Shown piece after piece: positions 49,324 through 59,458 of a DNA stretch of 64,000 bases (position 1 is its first letter; every line of letters begins with the position of its first letter). The position numbers were made by a program, and so were the translations under genes. The stretch is taken from positions 15,302 to 79,301 of IMG/VR virus record IMGVR_UViG_3300043399_000788; one strand, given 5' to 3'. The DNA is from a virus. Under the pieces are notes generated by a model. The model ran no database searches. It saw only the letters and a program-made list of their open reading frames with translations, and was not told the origin of the DNA.

Positions 49324-49717
49324 GTTTACACTAAAAACATTACGTTTGCCAAACAAGAATCCTGAGATTTTGTTTTGCGGTCAGCACATGATATTGGAAC
49401 AAGATGAAATAGAAGTTCCGTACATTGTTAATTTAGGCAGCAATGACATTACTATTCAACTACTAAACAAATCTAATCGAGATACTAAAGTTGTGGATGG
49501 AAACATAGTTGCAGACCTTGCGGTGATTGTTGATAAGATTGAATACAGAGGACATAATTTGCATTCTTATATTGAAACTATTGGCAAGTATGTTGACGAC
49601 AATAATCAGCTAATACAAGGGACGCACGGGTTTATGGCTTTCAATGGTATACTAACAATACGCATTGATGGACCTGTATTTGTTTATATGAGAGATTTGG
49701 CTATACAAAATGGATAA
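49307..49717 (+). CDS. Hypothetical protein
   Basis: 136-aa ORF overlapping both neighbours. Confidence 0.6.
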   Translation: MAETIKFTLKTLRLPNKNPEILFCGQHMILEQDEIEVPYIVNLGSNDITIQLLNKSNRDTKVVDGNIVADLAVIVDKIEYRGHNLHSYIETIGKYVDDNNQLIQGTHGFMAFNGILTIRIDGPVFVYMRDLAIQNG

Positions 49718-51035
49718 CGAAAAAACGCAGGCAGTATTAAACGAACTAAGTCCAAGCTTTTGCGGAGCTAAATGGTATAATGCTACTATTTGGTTAGGTA
49801 GCGGTATGACTACAAGTTGCCATCATCCGCCAGCACACAAGATTAGTTTAGATGCAATCAAGGATAATCCAGCAGCATTGCATAATACGCCTGAGAAGAA
49901 AGAACAGCGCCAACAAATGCAAACTGGTAAGCGGCCAGCTGGCTGCGAATATTGTTGGAAGCTAGAGGACGCTGGGGGCAATAGTGACCGCGTTTATAAG
50001 AGCAAGATCTACACAGAGGAAGCATTGCGTTTTGCAAAAGACCTTCCTTGGTGCCAGGACGTTAATCTCAAAACACTTGAGATTAGCTTTGATCGTACAT
50101 GCAATTTTGCATGTAGCTATTGTAACCCAGCGTTCTCAACCACTTGGGCAAAGGACATTAAGAACAATGGTCCTTATGAAAACTTAACAACAGATGGGCG
50201 CAATCACTTCACACACCCACATGATGGAAGTCAACTTTATAAAGTTGGGGAAACAAACCCATATGTTGAAGCATTCTTTAAATGGTGGGAAACAGACTTA
50301 CATCAAACATTAGATGAATTGCGTATCACAGGTGGCGAACCGCTTATGTCAGCAGAGACATGGCGCTTAACTGAATGGTATAAGAACAATAAAGGAAAGA
50401 GTAAAACACGTTTAGCTATCAATACAAATTTATGTGCAAAGCCAGAGTTAGTTGATAAACTTATACAGTTATCGCATGATGTAGAAGCTCTAGACATTTA
50501 TACAAGTGCAGAAGCAATTAGTCACAGAGCTGAATATATTCGTGATGGTATGGATTGGGAACTATGGACTAGTAACATGCATAGACTTACTACAGAAGGT
50601 AAGCTACGTGGGTTGCATGTTATGGGAACACCAAGTGTATTAAGCATTACAGATATTACTATGTTCTTAGATTGGTGCTTATACTTTAAACAATTGTATG
50701 GTCGTGATAGCTTAACGTTTACGCTTAATATTTTACGTTTCCCAAGTTTCCAAAGCGTAACAGTATTACCAGAAGGTATGCGATGGCAAGCTGCAAGACG
50801 ACTTGAGAATTGGTTAGATGAAAATGGTCATTATGAACTGCTACACAATATGGAAAAAGATCACGTAGCGAGACTAGCTAATTACTTGCGTACAGTACAG
50901 CAAGCACATGATGGTGCAAGTCCAACCGACAGACTAAAAGTTGATTTAAAGAACTTCCTAGTTCAATACAACAGAAGAAGAAACAAAAATATAAAAATTG
51001 CTTGTCCTGAAATAGCTGAGTGGTTAAGCATATGA
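49710..51035 (+). CDS. Radical SAM protein with N-terminal Twitch/SPASM-like domain (paralogue of 45391)
   Basis: CGAKW...SCHHPP...CEYC; CNFACSYC; TGGEP. Confidence 0.9.
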   Translation: MDNEKTQAVLNELSPSFCGAKWYNATIWLGSGMTTSCHHPPAHKISLDAIKDNPAALHNTPEKKEQRQQMQTGKRPAGCEYCWKLEDAGGNSDRVYKSKIYTEEALRFAKDLPWCQDVNLKTLEISFDRTCNFACSYCNPAFSTTWAKDIKNNGPYENLTTDGRNHFTHPHDGSQLYKVGETNPYVEAFFKWWETDLHQTLDELRITGGEPLMSAETWRLTEWYKNNKGKSKTRLAINTNLCAKPELVDKLIQLSHDVEALDIYTSAEAISHRAEYIRDGMDWELWTSNMHRLTTEGKLRGLHVMGTPSVLSITDITMFLDWCLYFKQLYGRDSLTFTLNILRFPSFQSVTVLPEGMRWQAARRLENWLDENGHYELLHNMEKDHVARLANYLRTVQQAHDGASPTDRLKVDLKNFLVQYNRRRNKNIKIACPEIAEWLSI

Positions 51036-52333
51036 GCGATGAGATCAAAAAGTACTACGAAACATACGACTATAGTTCGAGAACTCCCGTTAAGATCAAA
51101 CTTGATGAATTAACGGAAGTTGAAAAAGAACGCCTCATAAAGAGCAAACACTTTTGTATGCTTCCTTGGATACACTTGCATGGGTGGCCAACTGGGGAAG
51201 CTTATCCTTGTTGCGTGGGTTTAGAAAACTTACCGCTTGGTAACTTAAGAGAAAACAGCATGGAAGAAATATGGCATGGCGATAAGATGAAAGCCATGCG
51301 TAAAAACATGCTTGAAGACAAGCCATGCGGTGAATGCAAAAGGTGTTACGATGACGAAAGTCACGGGTTGTTTAGTATGCGTAACAGCAGTAACAAACAC
51401 TTTGGGCACTACATTAAAGATGTAAAAAATGAAAACCCCGATTTTAAGATACGTTACTGGGACGTTCGTTTTAGTAATATTTGTAATTTTAAGTGTCGTT
51501 ATTGCGGACCTAACTTTAGTTCAAACTGGTGGGAAGACAAAGCTGCACTCTACGGAGCAGACAAAATAGGCCACGATAAGTTCTTACATGCTGGTAAGAA
51601 CAAAGATGATATTTGGGAACAAATGATTCCACATCTTCCATACATTGAGCAAATTTACTTTGCTGGCGGTGAACCTCTTATTATGGAGGAACACTATCGC
51701 TTACTTAAGTGGTTAGTAGAAAACAAGCGCACTGATGTTAGATTAATTTACAATACAAACTTTAGCGAACTAAAGTTTAAAAAGCAAAACGTACTTGATT
51801 GGTGGAAGAAGTTTGATAGCGTTAGTATTGGTGCAAGCTTGGATGCAATGGGCCCACGTGCAGAATATATGCGTAAAGGAACTGTTTGGGGCGATATAGA
51901 AGATAATCGAAAGCAGATGATAGAGATCTGTCCTAATGTTGACTTCTATGTTAGTGCAACAGTAAATGTTTTTAATGCAATACACATTACAGATTTTCAT
52001 AGAGATTGGACAGACAGAGGATTTATCAAAGCACAAGACTTTAATATTAATATCTTAAACAGTCCAGCTTATTACAGAGCAGATATGTTGCCACGCGAAC
52101 TTAAAGATATTGCAATTAGCAAGATTGAAAATACAATCATGTGGCTTGTCGACAAAGATCATTTAACCCGTGCCACAAGTGGTTATAAAGGATTAGTTAG
52201 TTTCTTAAATGGAACAGATAATAGCAAGTACTTGCCATACTTTTTTCAAATTACAGATCAATTAGATACTTTACGTAAAGAGAAATTTGAAGATGTGTTC
52301 TCTGAGTATGGAGACTTACGTGAATACACCTAA
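51032..52333 (+). CDS. Radical SAM protein with N-terminal Twitch/SPASM-like domain
   Basis: CMLPW...GEAYPCC...GNL...CKRC; CNFKCRYC; AGGEP. Confidence 0.9.
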   Translation: MSDEIKKYYETYDYSSRTPVKIKLDELTEVEKERLIKSKHFCMLPWIHLHGWPTGEAYPCCVGLENLPLGNLRENSMEEIWHGDKMKAMRKNMLEDKPCGECKRCYDDESHGLFSMRNSSNKHFGHYIKDVKNENPDFKIRYWDVRFSNICNFKCRYCGPNFSSNWWEDKAALYGADKIGHDKFLHAGKNKDDIWEQMIPHLPYIEQIYFAGGEPLIMEEHYRLLKWLVENKRTDVRLIYNTNFSELKFKKQNVLDWWKKFDSVSIGASLDAMGPRAEYMRKGTVWGDIEDNRKQMIEICPNVDFYVSATVNVFNAIHITDFHRDWTDRGFIKAQDFNINILNSPAYYRADMLPRELKDIAISKIENTIMWLVDKDHLTRATSGYKGLVSFLNGTDNSKYLPYFFQITDQLDTLRKEKFEDVFSEYGDLREYT

Positions 52334-53465
52334 AAGCATTTGTATGTTGCCGTGGGTAAGTATGGAAGTTACTCCAATGGGAACGTATCGTCCTTGCTGT
52401 TTATATAGCGAAAGCATACCTAATATTAGTGTTCATGACGGTCATTCTATACATGATGCACAGCATAGCGAATACATGAAGGATTTACGACAGCAATTCT
52501 TAGCAGGAGAAAAACCTGCAGGATGTAATATGTGTTGGCAAGAAGAATCTGTGCTTGGGCGAATGAGCAAGCGTAAAGCAACATTTGTTAAGCTTAAAGA
52601 TGTTAAAGTTGATTACAACGAGACAGATGTAGCACCAATCTTTTTAGACTTAAAGCTTGGTAACATTTGTAATTTGAAATGTCGTATATGCGGTAGCTGG
52701 AGTAGCAGTAAGTGGGCACAAGAAGAAATTGATATCGCTAATGGAGATAATCCATTAGCTAGCGCACAATTGCGTAAAGGTCAGTGGCCTCGCAGAATCC
52801 CCTCATGGTGGGAAGCATTAGAAGATGCACTCGAGCATATTGAGTATTTGGAATTTACTGGTGGTGAACCATTCTTAATTAATGAACACTTTGATCTATT
52901 AGAGAAGTTAGTAGAAAAAGGATATGCACATAAGATTGATATTCACTATAATACTAACGGAACAATTTGGCCTGTTCGTAGTGAACTTTGGAAACATTTT
53001 AAACGTGTAGAGATTGCATTTAGCATTGATGATATTGGCAATCGTTTTGAGTATCAACGATACGGTACACGATGGAATGAAACACAGGAAGTAATTCGTA
53101 AAGCAGTAGAGAGTTCATATAAGTTGCAAGTATGCACTACGTTTAATATTCAAAATGCTTATTACTGGCCTGAGACAGAGGCATGGATTTTAAATCAAGG
53201 TATTAGTGACATACACTATAACATATTACATGAACCACCAATGTTTAACTTACGCAACATGTCAGATGATATAAAATATGTATATAGACAGCGAATGATG
53301 CAAAGTCGTGATAAGAATAAAATTGAGTCAGTAATAAAATTTATGGAATTACCTGGTGAAAATATGTTACTCTCATTAAAGGATAGACTTGCATCTAGCG
53401 ATGCTTATCGTAAGCAGTCATTTGCAGTAACTCACCCCGAAGTATGGAATCTCATTAATGCATAA
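52320..53465 (+). CDS. Radical SAM protein with N-terminal Twitch/SPASM-like domain
   Basis: CMLPW...GTYRPCC...CNMC; CNLKCRIC; TGGEP. Probable GTG start after GGAG; the exact start is uncertain. Confidence 0.88.
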   Translation: MNTPKSICMLPWVSMEVTPMGTYRPCCLYSESIPNISVHDGHSIHDAQHSEYMKDLRQQFLAGEKPAGCNMCWQEESVLGRMSKRKATFVKLKDVKVDYNETDVAPIFLDLKLGNICNLKCRICGSWSSSKWAQEEIDIANGDNPLASAQLRKGQWPRRIPSWWEALEDALEHIEYLEFTGGEPFLINEHFDLLEKLVEKGYAHKIDIHYNTNGTIWPVRSELWKHFKRVEIAFSIDDIGNRFEYQRYGTRWNETQEVIRKAVESSYKLQVCTTFNIQNAYYWPETEAWILNQGISDIHYNILHEPPMFNLRNMSDDIKYVYRQRMMQSRDKNKIESVIKFMELPGENMLLSLKDRLASSDAYRKQSFAVTHPEVWNLINA

Positions 53466-54483
53466 CGTGGACCTATCTCAATACTCATTGAAAGTTGATT
53501 GGGAAAACAAAGTTAGAAAATTTTGGAAAATAGATCATAACTCAAACTTTAATAAATTTTTTTCAATTAGCATTGATATTCTTCATAATGAAAATGAAGT
53601 TGATGTTAAAAATGATGTATTAGTCTTAAGACCTCATTTACCATTTGACAATATTACCTATAATTTACTTGATAAAGGTATTAGATTTATTTTTGATTGT
53701 TTATGGGAAAAAGAATCAACTAACTTAGCTAATCTTACACCATACAATGAAAATGGCATAGCATTCGTTTCTGGCAGTTGTCAAAATGTTGATGGGTGGA
53801 GTAATAATTTATTTTTCGTACCAATGTCATTTTGGTATATTGAATACTTTGATAGGATAAAAACAGAAGATATTCGTTTAAATTTTAGACGAGATCAAAT
53901 TACACATAACTTTTTAATGCCAATTGGTCGTTTTAGACCTTATCGAAGCTTGTTTTTACATTTACTCGGAACAGAAATTCAAAAAAGCTTACATAGCATA
54001 TTGTGGCAAAACGTAAGTAACTTTGACGTCGTAGAGGATGAAACGAAAAGGCATACCTTTGAATATTCTAGAAAATACGAACCAAAATGGTATAGCTCTA
54101 CATATTTTACTATGGTGATTGAAACATCACAAACAGATTCAGTTTTTATCACAGAAAAAACATTCAAACCAATTATGTACGGGCATCCGTTTATGATATA
54201 TGGTTCAAAAAATACATTATCAACTTTACAAAAGTATGGATTTAATACTTTTCCAGAACTGTTTAACGAACTGTATGATGAAATAGATGACCCGCGTGAA
54301 AGAGCTAAATTCATAGTGGAGCAAATTAAGGAATTTAATCCTTTTTTACTAAAAACCAACAAAAGCAATATTGATCAAAAAATATTTGATAACTTTACTA
54401 GATTTTTTGATCATAATAATGTAATAAACAATATTACAAACGATTTGCTTTTGCCTATCGAGAAATTTTTAAATGACAGATAA
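53458..54483 (+). CDS. GT-B/GT10-like glycosyltransferase-type protein
   Basis: C-terminal VIET...FITEKTFKPI..GHPF.IYG...L...GF.TF resembles the alpha-1,3-fucosyltransferase (GT10) ITEK motif. Confidence 0.5.
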   Translation: MHNVDLSQYSLKVDWENKVRKFWKIDHNSNFNKFFSISIDILHNENEVDVKNDVLVLRPHLPFDNITYNLLDKGIRFIFDCLWEKESTNLANLTPYNENGIAFVSGSCQNVDGWSNNLFFVPMSFWYIEYFDRIKTEDIRLNFRRDQITHNFLMPIGRFRPYRSLFLHLLGTEIQKSLHSILWQNVSNFDVVEDETKRHTFEYSRKYEPKWYSSTYFTMVIETSQTDSVFITEKTFKPIMYGHPFMIYGSKNTLSTLQKYGFNTFPELFNELYDEIDDPRERAKFIVEQIKEFNPFLLKTNKSNIDQKIFDNFTRFFDHNNVINNITNDLLLPIEKFLNDR

Positions 54484-55789
54484 ACATTGCTTAGCTCCTT
54501 GGACACACACTTATCTTTCGCCACAAAGCGAGAGACGGTTGTGTTGTGCAAGTCGTGAACCAGCACAAAACTTTAAGCAATACATTGATACAGAAGAAGG
54601 TAGTAACGAATACAAGCCCGCTACGCTAGAAGAACATTGGAACAGCGATCACATGAAAAGTGTTCGTAGACGAATGATGGCAGGTGAAGAACTACCTGAG
54701 TGTGAGGTTTGTAATAAGAAGCTGTTAAACACTAGCGTATACCGCGACTACTTTAACGGAATGTTTGGTAGTAAGCGGGAAGAATTATTAGCAAATACTT
54801 TACCAGATGGTACACATAATGGACTGCCAATTAGTTTTGATTATCGTGTATCTAACCTCTGCACATTCAAATGTCGTATGTGCGGCCCACCACTAAGCAG
54901 TGCATGGGAAAGCGAAGAACGTCAATACAATCCAAACTTTACAGAAAGTAATCCATGGGGCGTGCCAAACGTTAGACGAGAAATAACAAAGTTCCAACGT
55001 ACAGTTGCTATTGAAGAACTATGGCGTGCTATTAAAGAAGAACGCATAGAGGAAATATATTGGGTTGGCGGAGAACCGTTGGATTGGCCAGAGCATTGGG
55101 AAATGATGAAGTATATGGTCGCTAACGACATTGCTAAAAATGTTTATGTGCGATACAATACTAACCTCAACAACATTTATCATACGTTATACGAAACTAA
55201 AACAGTAAAAGATACGCTGTGTTTGTTTGATTTGCTAAGTGAGTTTAAAGACTGGCAGATTTGTGCGAGTTTAGATGCAGTGTGGCGTGATGGTGAATAC
55301 ATACGCACGGGATTAGACTGGGATAAGTTTGTTTTTAATCTCAGCACGGGTTCTAAATATGTTACTCATAGTAGACAGTTACGACTTGACCTAACACTTA
55401 CGCTTCCTGGCATGATGCAGTTAGATCATTACGTTGGATTTGCAGATCAGTATGGGGTAGACATACTTACAAAGGTTGTGTTTGCGTTTACCCCAGATAT
55501 TATTATGAGTCCTCTTGCACTGCCTCGTCCACTACTAACTGATTTAGTTGAGTATTGGATTAATGACCTTGAACTACGACATAAAAGACATAGCTCGTTG
55601 ATTGATACATTGCAAAACTTGCTTAAACGTCCAACATTCCAAGAGCAATGGCCTAACGAATACATTATGGGATTATGGCAAGGTAAAGCAAGAATATTAG
55701 AACTTGAACAAAGACGCGGCGACACTTATACTATGGGAGATATATTATCTCATATACCAAAAATAAAGGAATGGTGGGATGCCATCTAA
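54473..55789 (+). CDS. Radical SAM protein with N-terminal Twitch/SPASM-like domain
   Basis: CLAPW...RRLCC...CEVC; CTFKCRMC; VGGEP. Confidence 0.9.
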   Translation: MTDKHCLAPWTHTYLSPQSERRLCCASREPAQNFKQYIDTEEGSNEYKPATLEEHWNSDHMKSVRRRMMAGEELPECEVCNKKLLNTSVYRDYFNGMFGSKREELLANTLPDGTHNGLPISFDYRVSNLCTFKCRMCGPPLSSAWESEERQYNPNFTESNPWGVPNVRREITKFQRTVAIEELWRAIKEERIEEIYWVGGEPLDWPEHWEMMKYMVANDIAKNVYVRYNTNLNNIYHTLYETKTVKDTLCLFDLLSEFKDWQICASLDAVWRDGEYIRTGLDWDKFVFNLSTGSKYVTHSRQLRLDLTLTLPGMMQLDHYVGFADQYGVDILTKVVFAFTPDIIMSPLALPRPLLTDLVEYWINDLELRHKRHSSLIDTLQNLLKRPTFQEQWPNEYIMGLWQGKARILELEQRRGDTYTMGDILSHIPKIKEWWDAI

Positions 55790-56942
55790 GGTAAAAGTAG
55801 TATTACGCGACTACAGAACAAATCATAAGATTGATTACACAATACTTCCACACGAACATGAACTTGCAGATAAATGGATTGTTGCATTAAAAGAGTTATT
55901 AGCGAATGGCAACATTCTTGAAAAGAATTACTGTTGGCATGGTTGGCCTAACAGTCCTCGCACATTGCAATATCTATGTGACGAACTTAATCGTCATATT
56001 CACACAATTAACAATCCAGTTGTGCAAGGTTATTGGATTGATAAAGGACTTGAACCATATGTTATTGAAGAACACTTCACACCTGATGCAGTACGTTTCC
56101 CTAACACTTATGGCATGGGGCTGACAGAAGAATTAAAACAAAAAGGTTTACGTGAAGAACTTGCGCTGTCACTAAGCTTAAAACACGGTATTATGAACAA
56201 GCTTCACAATCACTTTGAGTTACTACAAGGCACTGTTGAAAACTTAAGTCCATATTACAAGTATGCAGACAATGATGCAAAGTGGGCAATACGCCAGCTA
56301 AACTTGCTTTGTCACGAGATTGAAAGTCTGTGCTTAAGTCAACGCAAAAAAGCATTTGACCCAGACTGGATACGCCCGAGTCAAATCACTACATGGCTAA
56401 GCGCACCTCGCTATGACTTAGCAACCTCTGACAGAGAGCTGTTTAATGTAAACGAATACGACCGTGTATTTGGTGGCGTGTATATGCATTGGTGTCAAAT
56501 TGGTAAGACACTGTTTGAAGTATGGCGTGATGAAAATGCGCCTAATATTGATAAAACTACATGTGATGCAATAACAGAATTACAATACTTCTCAGGCGAG
56601 TTTGATATTGAATGGGGGCGTGATGTTACACGCAATGATCCTTGGCATAAAGAAGAAATTAATAAATTTCAAGCATGGTTATGTAAGCAAGGATATGATC
56701 CATTTGATAATGCTGGACTAAGTTTAGGTTATTTGCCAATTGGGCAAGTTGACTTGCAAGGCAGTTTTGGTACAGATAATTTCCATAGTATTATTGATCG
56801 CATGGGCGATTACTTAGACATTTACAAAATAGAAGTAGATGGTGTTAGCGCAACATACGATTATCATTGGAGTGATTGGGATTGGCGTGAAAAACAAATA
56901 AAGTTCTTAACACCAGGATACAGGCACAGCTCTAATGTTTGA
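55779..56942 (+). CDS. Hypothetical protein (His/Trp-rich; LNxHIH and LHNHFE motifs)
   Basis: 387-aa ORF translationally coupled on both sides. Confidence 0.7.
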   Translation: MPSKVKVVLRDYRTNHKIDYTILPHEHELADKWIVALKELLANGNILEKNYCWHGWPNSPRTLQYLCDELNRHIHTINNPVVQGYWIDKGLEPYVIEEHFTPDAVRFPNTYGMGLTEELKQKGLREELALSLSLKHGIMNKLHNHFELLQGTVENLSPYYKYADNDAKWAIRQLNLLCHEIESLCLSQRKKAFDPDWIRPSQITTWLSAPRYDLATSDRELFNVNEYDRVFGGVYMHWCQIGKTLFEVWRDENAPNIDKTTCDAITELQYFSGEFDIEWGRDVTRNDPWHKEEINKFQAWLCKQGYDPFDNAGLSLGYLPIGQVDLQGSFGTDNFHSIIDRMGDYLDIYKIEVDGVSATYDYHWSDWDWREKQIKFLTPGYRHSSNV

Positions 56943-58257
56943 TGTCTTTATAATGGACATGGGCGGTCATGATGAAAACGTAACAAAGATTACGATGCAA
57001 TTGCCACATGCTCGACCTATGCGTTATATGACTAGTCATTTAGAAATGGTTAAAAGAGCAGCAGCAAAGTCACGTACAGAATATTTTTGGTTAATTGCTA
57101 GTTGTTGCGATTATAGCAACTTTGATTTTAGTTATGTTCCCGCTCCTTGGGAACGTGAACACATACATTGTTGGGCAAGTGGTAATCAAAAGTTTGGTGA
57201 TACTTTTTTAGTAAATGTTGATGGTTGGAAAAATCAAGAAAATATTGAAAAATTAGAATGGTATAATCATGTAAATTATCATTCTCTAGGTGTTACAAGA
57301 TTACCTTGGCCAGTTATTAAAGCATCTGCCAATTTAGCACAAACTGTTTTAAAACAACAGTTCAAAAGTTTGTATGTAGAACTGCAAACAGCCAATGCAT
57401 TAGGTTCTGCACATTATGATCCTTCTCTTTGGGAAAACCGCGAAATAATAGCCTTTAATCGTACTGGACATATAACATTGTGCCCAAGAGACGCAAAACA
57501 ACAAATTAAGACGCAGATTTTTGACTACCACTATATAAAGTATGTCAACGACCAAAATTTAGCTTATAAACCACAAGATATTGTGTTTATTTCTTATGAT
57601 GAAAAAAATGCTGAAAGCAACTGGAAAAAGTTACACACAGAGCACCCTAGAGCAAAGCGTGTACACGGTGTAAAAGGTCTTGTTCCTGCAATTAAAGCAG
57701 CAGCAATGGAAAGTACTACAGATTGGTTTTATGCTGTTTTTGGTAAAACTGAAATAGTGGATAGTTTCAAATTTGATCATTATCTAGACTATTTGCGACA
57801 TCCTGCAAACTATGTTTTTCAAGCATATAATCCAATTTTAGATTACAGTTATGGTCATGATGGTGTTGTAATGTATGATAAAAATTGGGTACTATCTATT
57901 GAAGAATGGGATTTAGATCTAACAATGAGTCATGAAGTTGTTAGTGTTCCTATTGTAAGCTGTATTAATAGATTAGATATTAGTGCTTGGTCAGCGTGGC
58001 GAACAGCATTTAGAGAAGCTTATAAATTAAGCTATTACTTAGACAAACGCCCGAGCATTGACGACGAATATCACTTGCATCTCTGGTTAACAAAAGACAA
58101 CACTGTGATGGGAAAGTATAGTAAATTGGGCGCTCAGCAAGGCAGAGAATATTATCTTGCTAATCGTTCAAAAGATTACAGTGTCAATGATTGGAGTTGG
58201 TTGCAGGATTTATTTAATCGAACAATGCAGGAACACCAGCTTGTTGATCCTGTTTAG
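56935..58257 (+). CDS. Two-domain glycosyltransferase-like protein; C-terminal half paralogous to 43935
   Basis: DIVFISYDE...AKRVHGVKG...IKAAA..S.TDWF...AWRTAFREAYKL. Confidence 0.55.
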   Translation: MFDVFIMDMGGHDENVTKITMQLPHARPMRYMTSHLEMVKRAAAKSRTEYFWLIASCCDYSNFDFSYVPAPWEREHIHCWASGNQKFGDTFLVNVDGWKNQENIEKLEWYNHVNYHSLGVTRLPWPVIKASANLAQTVLKQQFKSLYVELQTANALGSAHYDPSLWENREIIAFNRTGHITLCPRDAKQQIKTQIFDYHYIKYVNDQNLAYKPQDIVFISYDEKNAESNWKKLHTEHPRAKRVHGVKGLVPAIKAAAMESTTDWFYAVFGKTEIVDSFKFDHYLDYLRHPANYVFQAYNPILDYSYGHDGVVMYDKNWVLSIEEWDLDLTMSHEVVSVPIVSCINRLDISAWSAWRTAFREAYKLSYYLDKRPSIDDEYHLHLWLTKDNTVMGKYSKLGAQQGREYYLANRSKDYSVNDWSWLQDLFNRTMQEHQLVDPV

Positions 58258-59452
58258 TTGCCCATACAGCTAAGCTAACAGCATGATCAAAAGCATCAAG
58301 CATTTCAGTATCTGAAGGTAAGTACTCAAACGGTTTTCCAGCAAGATGCTTTTTAATTACATCTTCTATACCATCTTTGACATTGCCTATAATAAACTTA
58401 TTACTACCTGGTCTATCTAAAAAAGCTGTTTCGTGATAAACGTAAATGTTTCCTAATATATCAACTTGTATACTTGCTTGCGGTAGACCATACCCATCTA
58501 ATTGATTATACTTTGCCATACGTAACGGACCAATGCGCTGTCCGCGTTGCAATGGATCTAATGCGTAACCATAATCAATATTACAGTGCGGTATATGTTT
58601 TTCAATGAGATTGTTAGCTTCGTGTATTATGTCTATTAGTTTTTGTCTTTCACTATCATCAATATAAATCAGGTCTTGGCTAAAATCTTCTCTTACAGTA
58701 ATAAAGTTTAATGGGCGCTTCATACTGTCTTGTAATTTAATTAAAGCATAAATGAGCTTCAAGTAATCATCAGAATGCCCTGGTAACACGATATAGTTTA
58801 CACCTAGATTAGTATTGTGTAGTTCTAATTGTTTGAGATTTTCACTCACAGTAGTCCAAGCATTTTGCTTTTTGGTAATTTGAAAATAACTATCATCGTT
58901 GTGTCCATATACACTAATTCGTAACATCTTTAAGTCGTTGAGTTTTTCAGAGTATTTAGGGGAAAGCATATAGCCATTTGTATACATGCTAACGTTATAC
59001 CCAAGTTGCTTTGCATGTGTAGCAAGTTCTCCAACACGCGGATTAGTAAGAGGTTCTTGACCACCGCTAATACGAAAACGATCTTGCCAATCTGCACCAC
59101 TACGAGGACTATCTGTTATGAGTTGTTTATATAACTCCATTCCTCTATCAAGGGTATTACGTTCATACGCTGCGCTTTTATTACGACCACAAAACCCACA
59201 GTAGAACATACAACTTAATCCAGCAAATAACCCTACCCTATGGGGGTAAATATATTCGTTATTGATAATAGCAGACAAGTGCTTTGAATTAACAAGCGGT
59301 AGTAATGTGTTTTTCCAATACTTAGATTTATAACGCAATTGATTATGAATATATTCTTTATGCATAGTGATCCATTTATGATCTTCAAAAGAAGATAGAG
59401 GTTTGAATGGATCCTGTATTAACTGGTTTATTGCATTGTTAATGTCAATCAT
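58214..59452 (-). CDS. desII: DesII/EryCV-like radical SAM NDP-4-amino-4,6-dideoxyhexose deaminase
   Basis: VGLFAGLSCMFYCGFC, SGGQEPLTNP, YTNG, ITVREDFS, IDYGYAL, QVDILGNIY and DAFDH are collinear with motifs recalled for Streptomyces DesII. Confidence 0.8.
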   Translation of the reverse strand: MIDINNAINQLIQDPFKPLSSFEDHKWITMHKEYIHNQLRYKSKYWKNTLLPLVNSKHLSAIINNEYIYPHRVGLFAGLSCMFYCGFCGRNKSAAYERNTLDRGMELYKQLITDSPRSGADWQDRFRISGGQEPLTNPRVGELATHAKQLGYNVSMYTNGYMLSPKYSEKLNDLKMLRISVYGHNDDSYFQITKKQNAWTTVSENLKQLELHNTNLGVNYIVLPGHSDDYLKLIYALIKLQDSMKRPLNFITVREDFSQDLIYIDDSERQKLIDIIHEANNLIEKHIPHCNIDYGYALDPLQRGQRIGPLRMAKYNQLDGYGLPQASIQVDILGNIYVYHETAFLDRPGSNKFIIGNVKDGIEDVIKKHLAGKPFEYLPSDTEMLDAFDHAVSLAVWATKQDQQAGVPALFD

Positions 59453-59458
59453 ACTATA

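Noticed and set aside
41655-49717. RiPP cluster with small ORFs as precursor peptides for the radical SAM enzymes
   Set aside because: The small ORFs look globular, and no leader/core pattern, RRE, peptidase or exporter is visible; the surrounding genes point to sugar chemistry. Not fully excluded.
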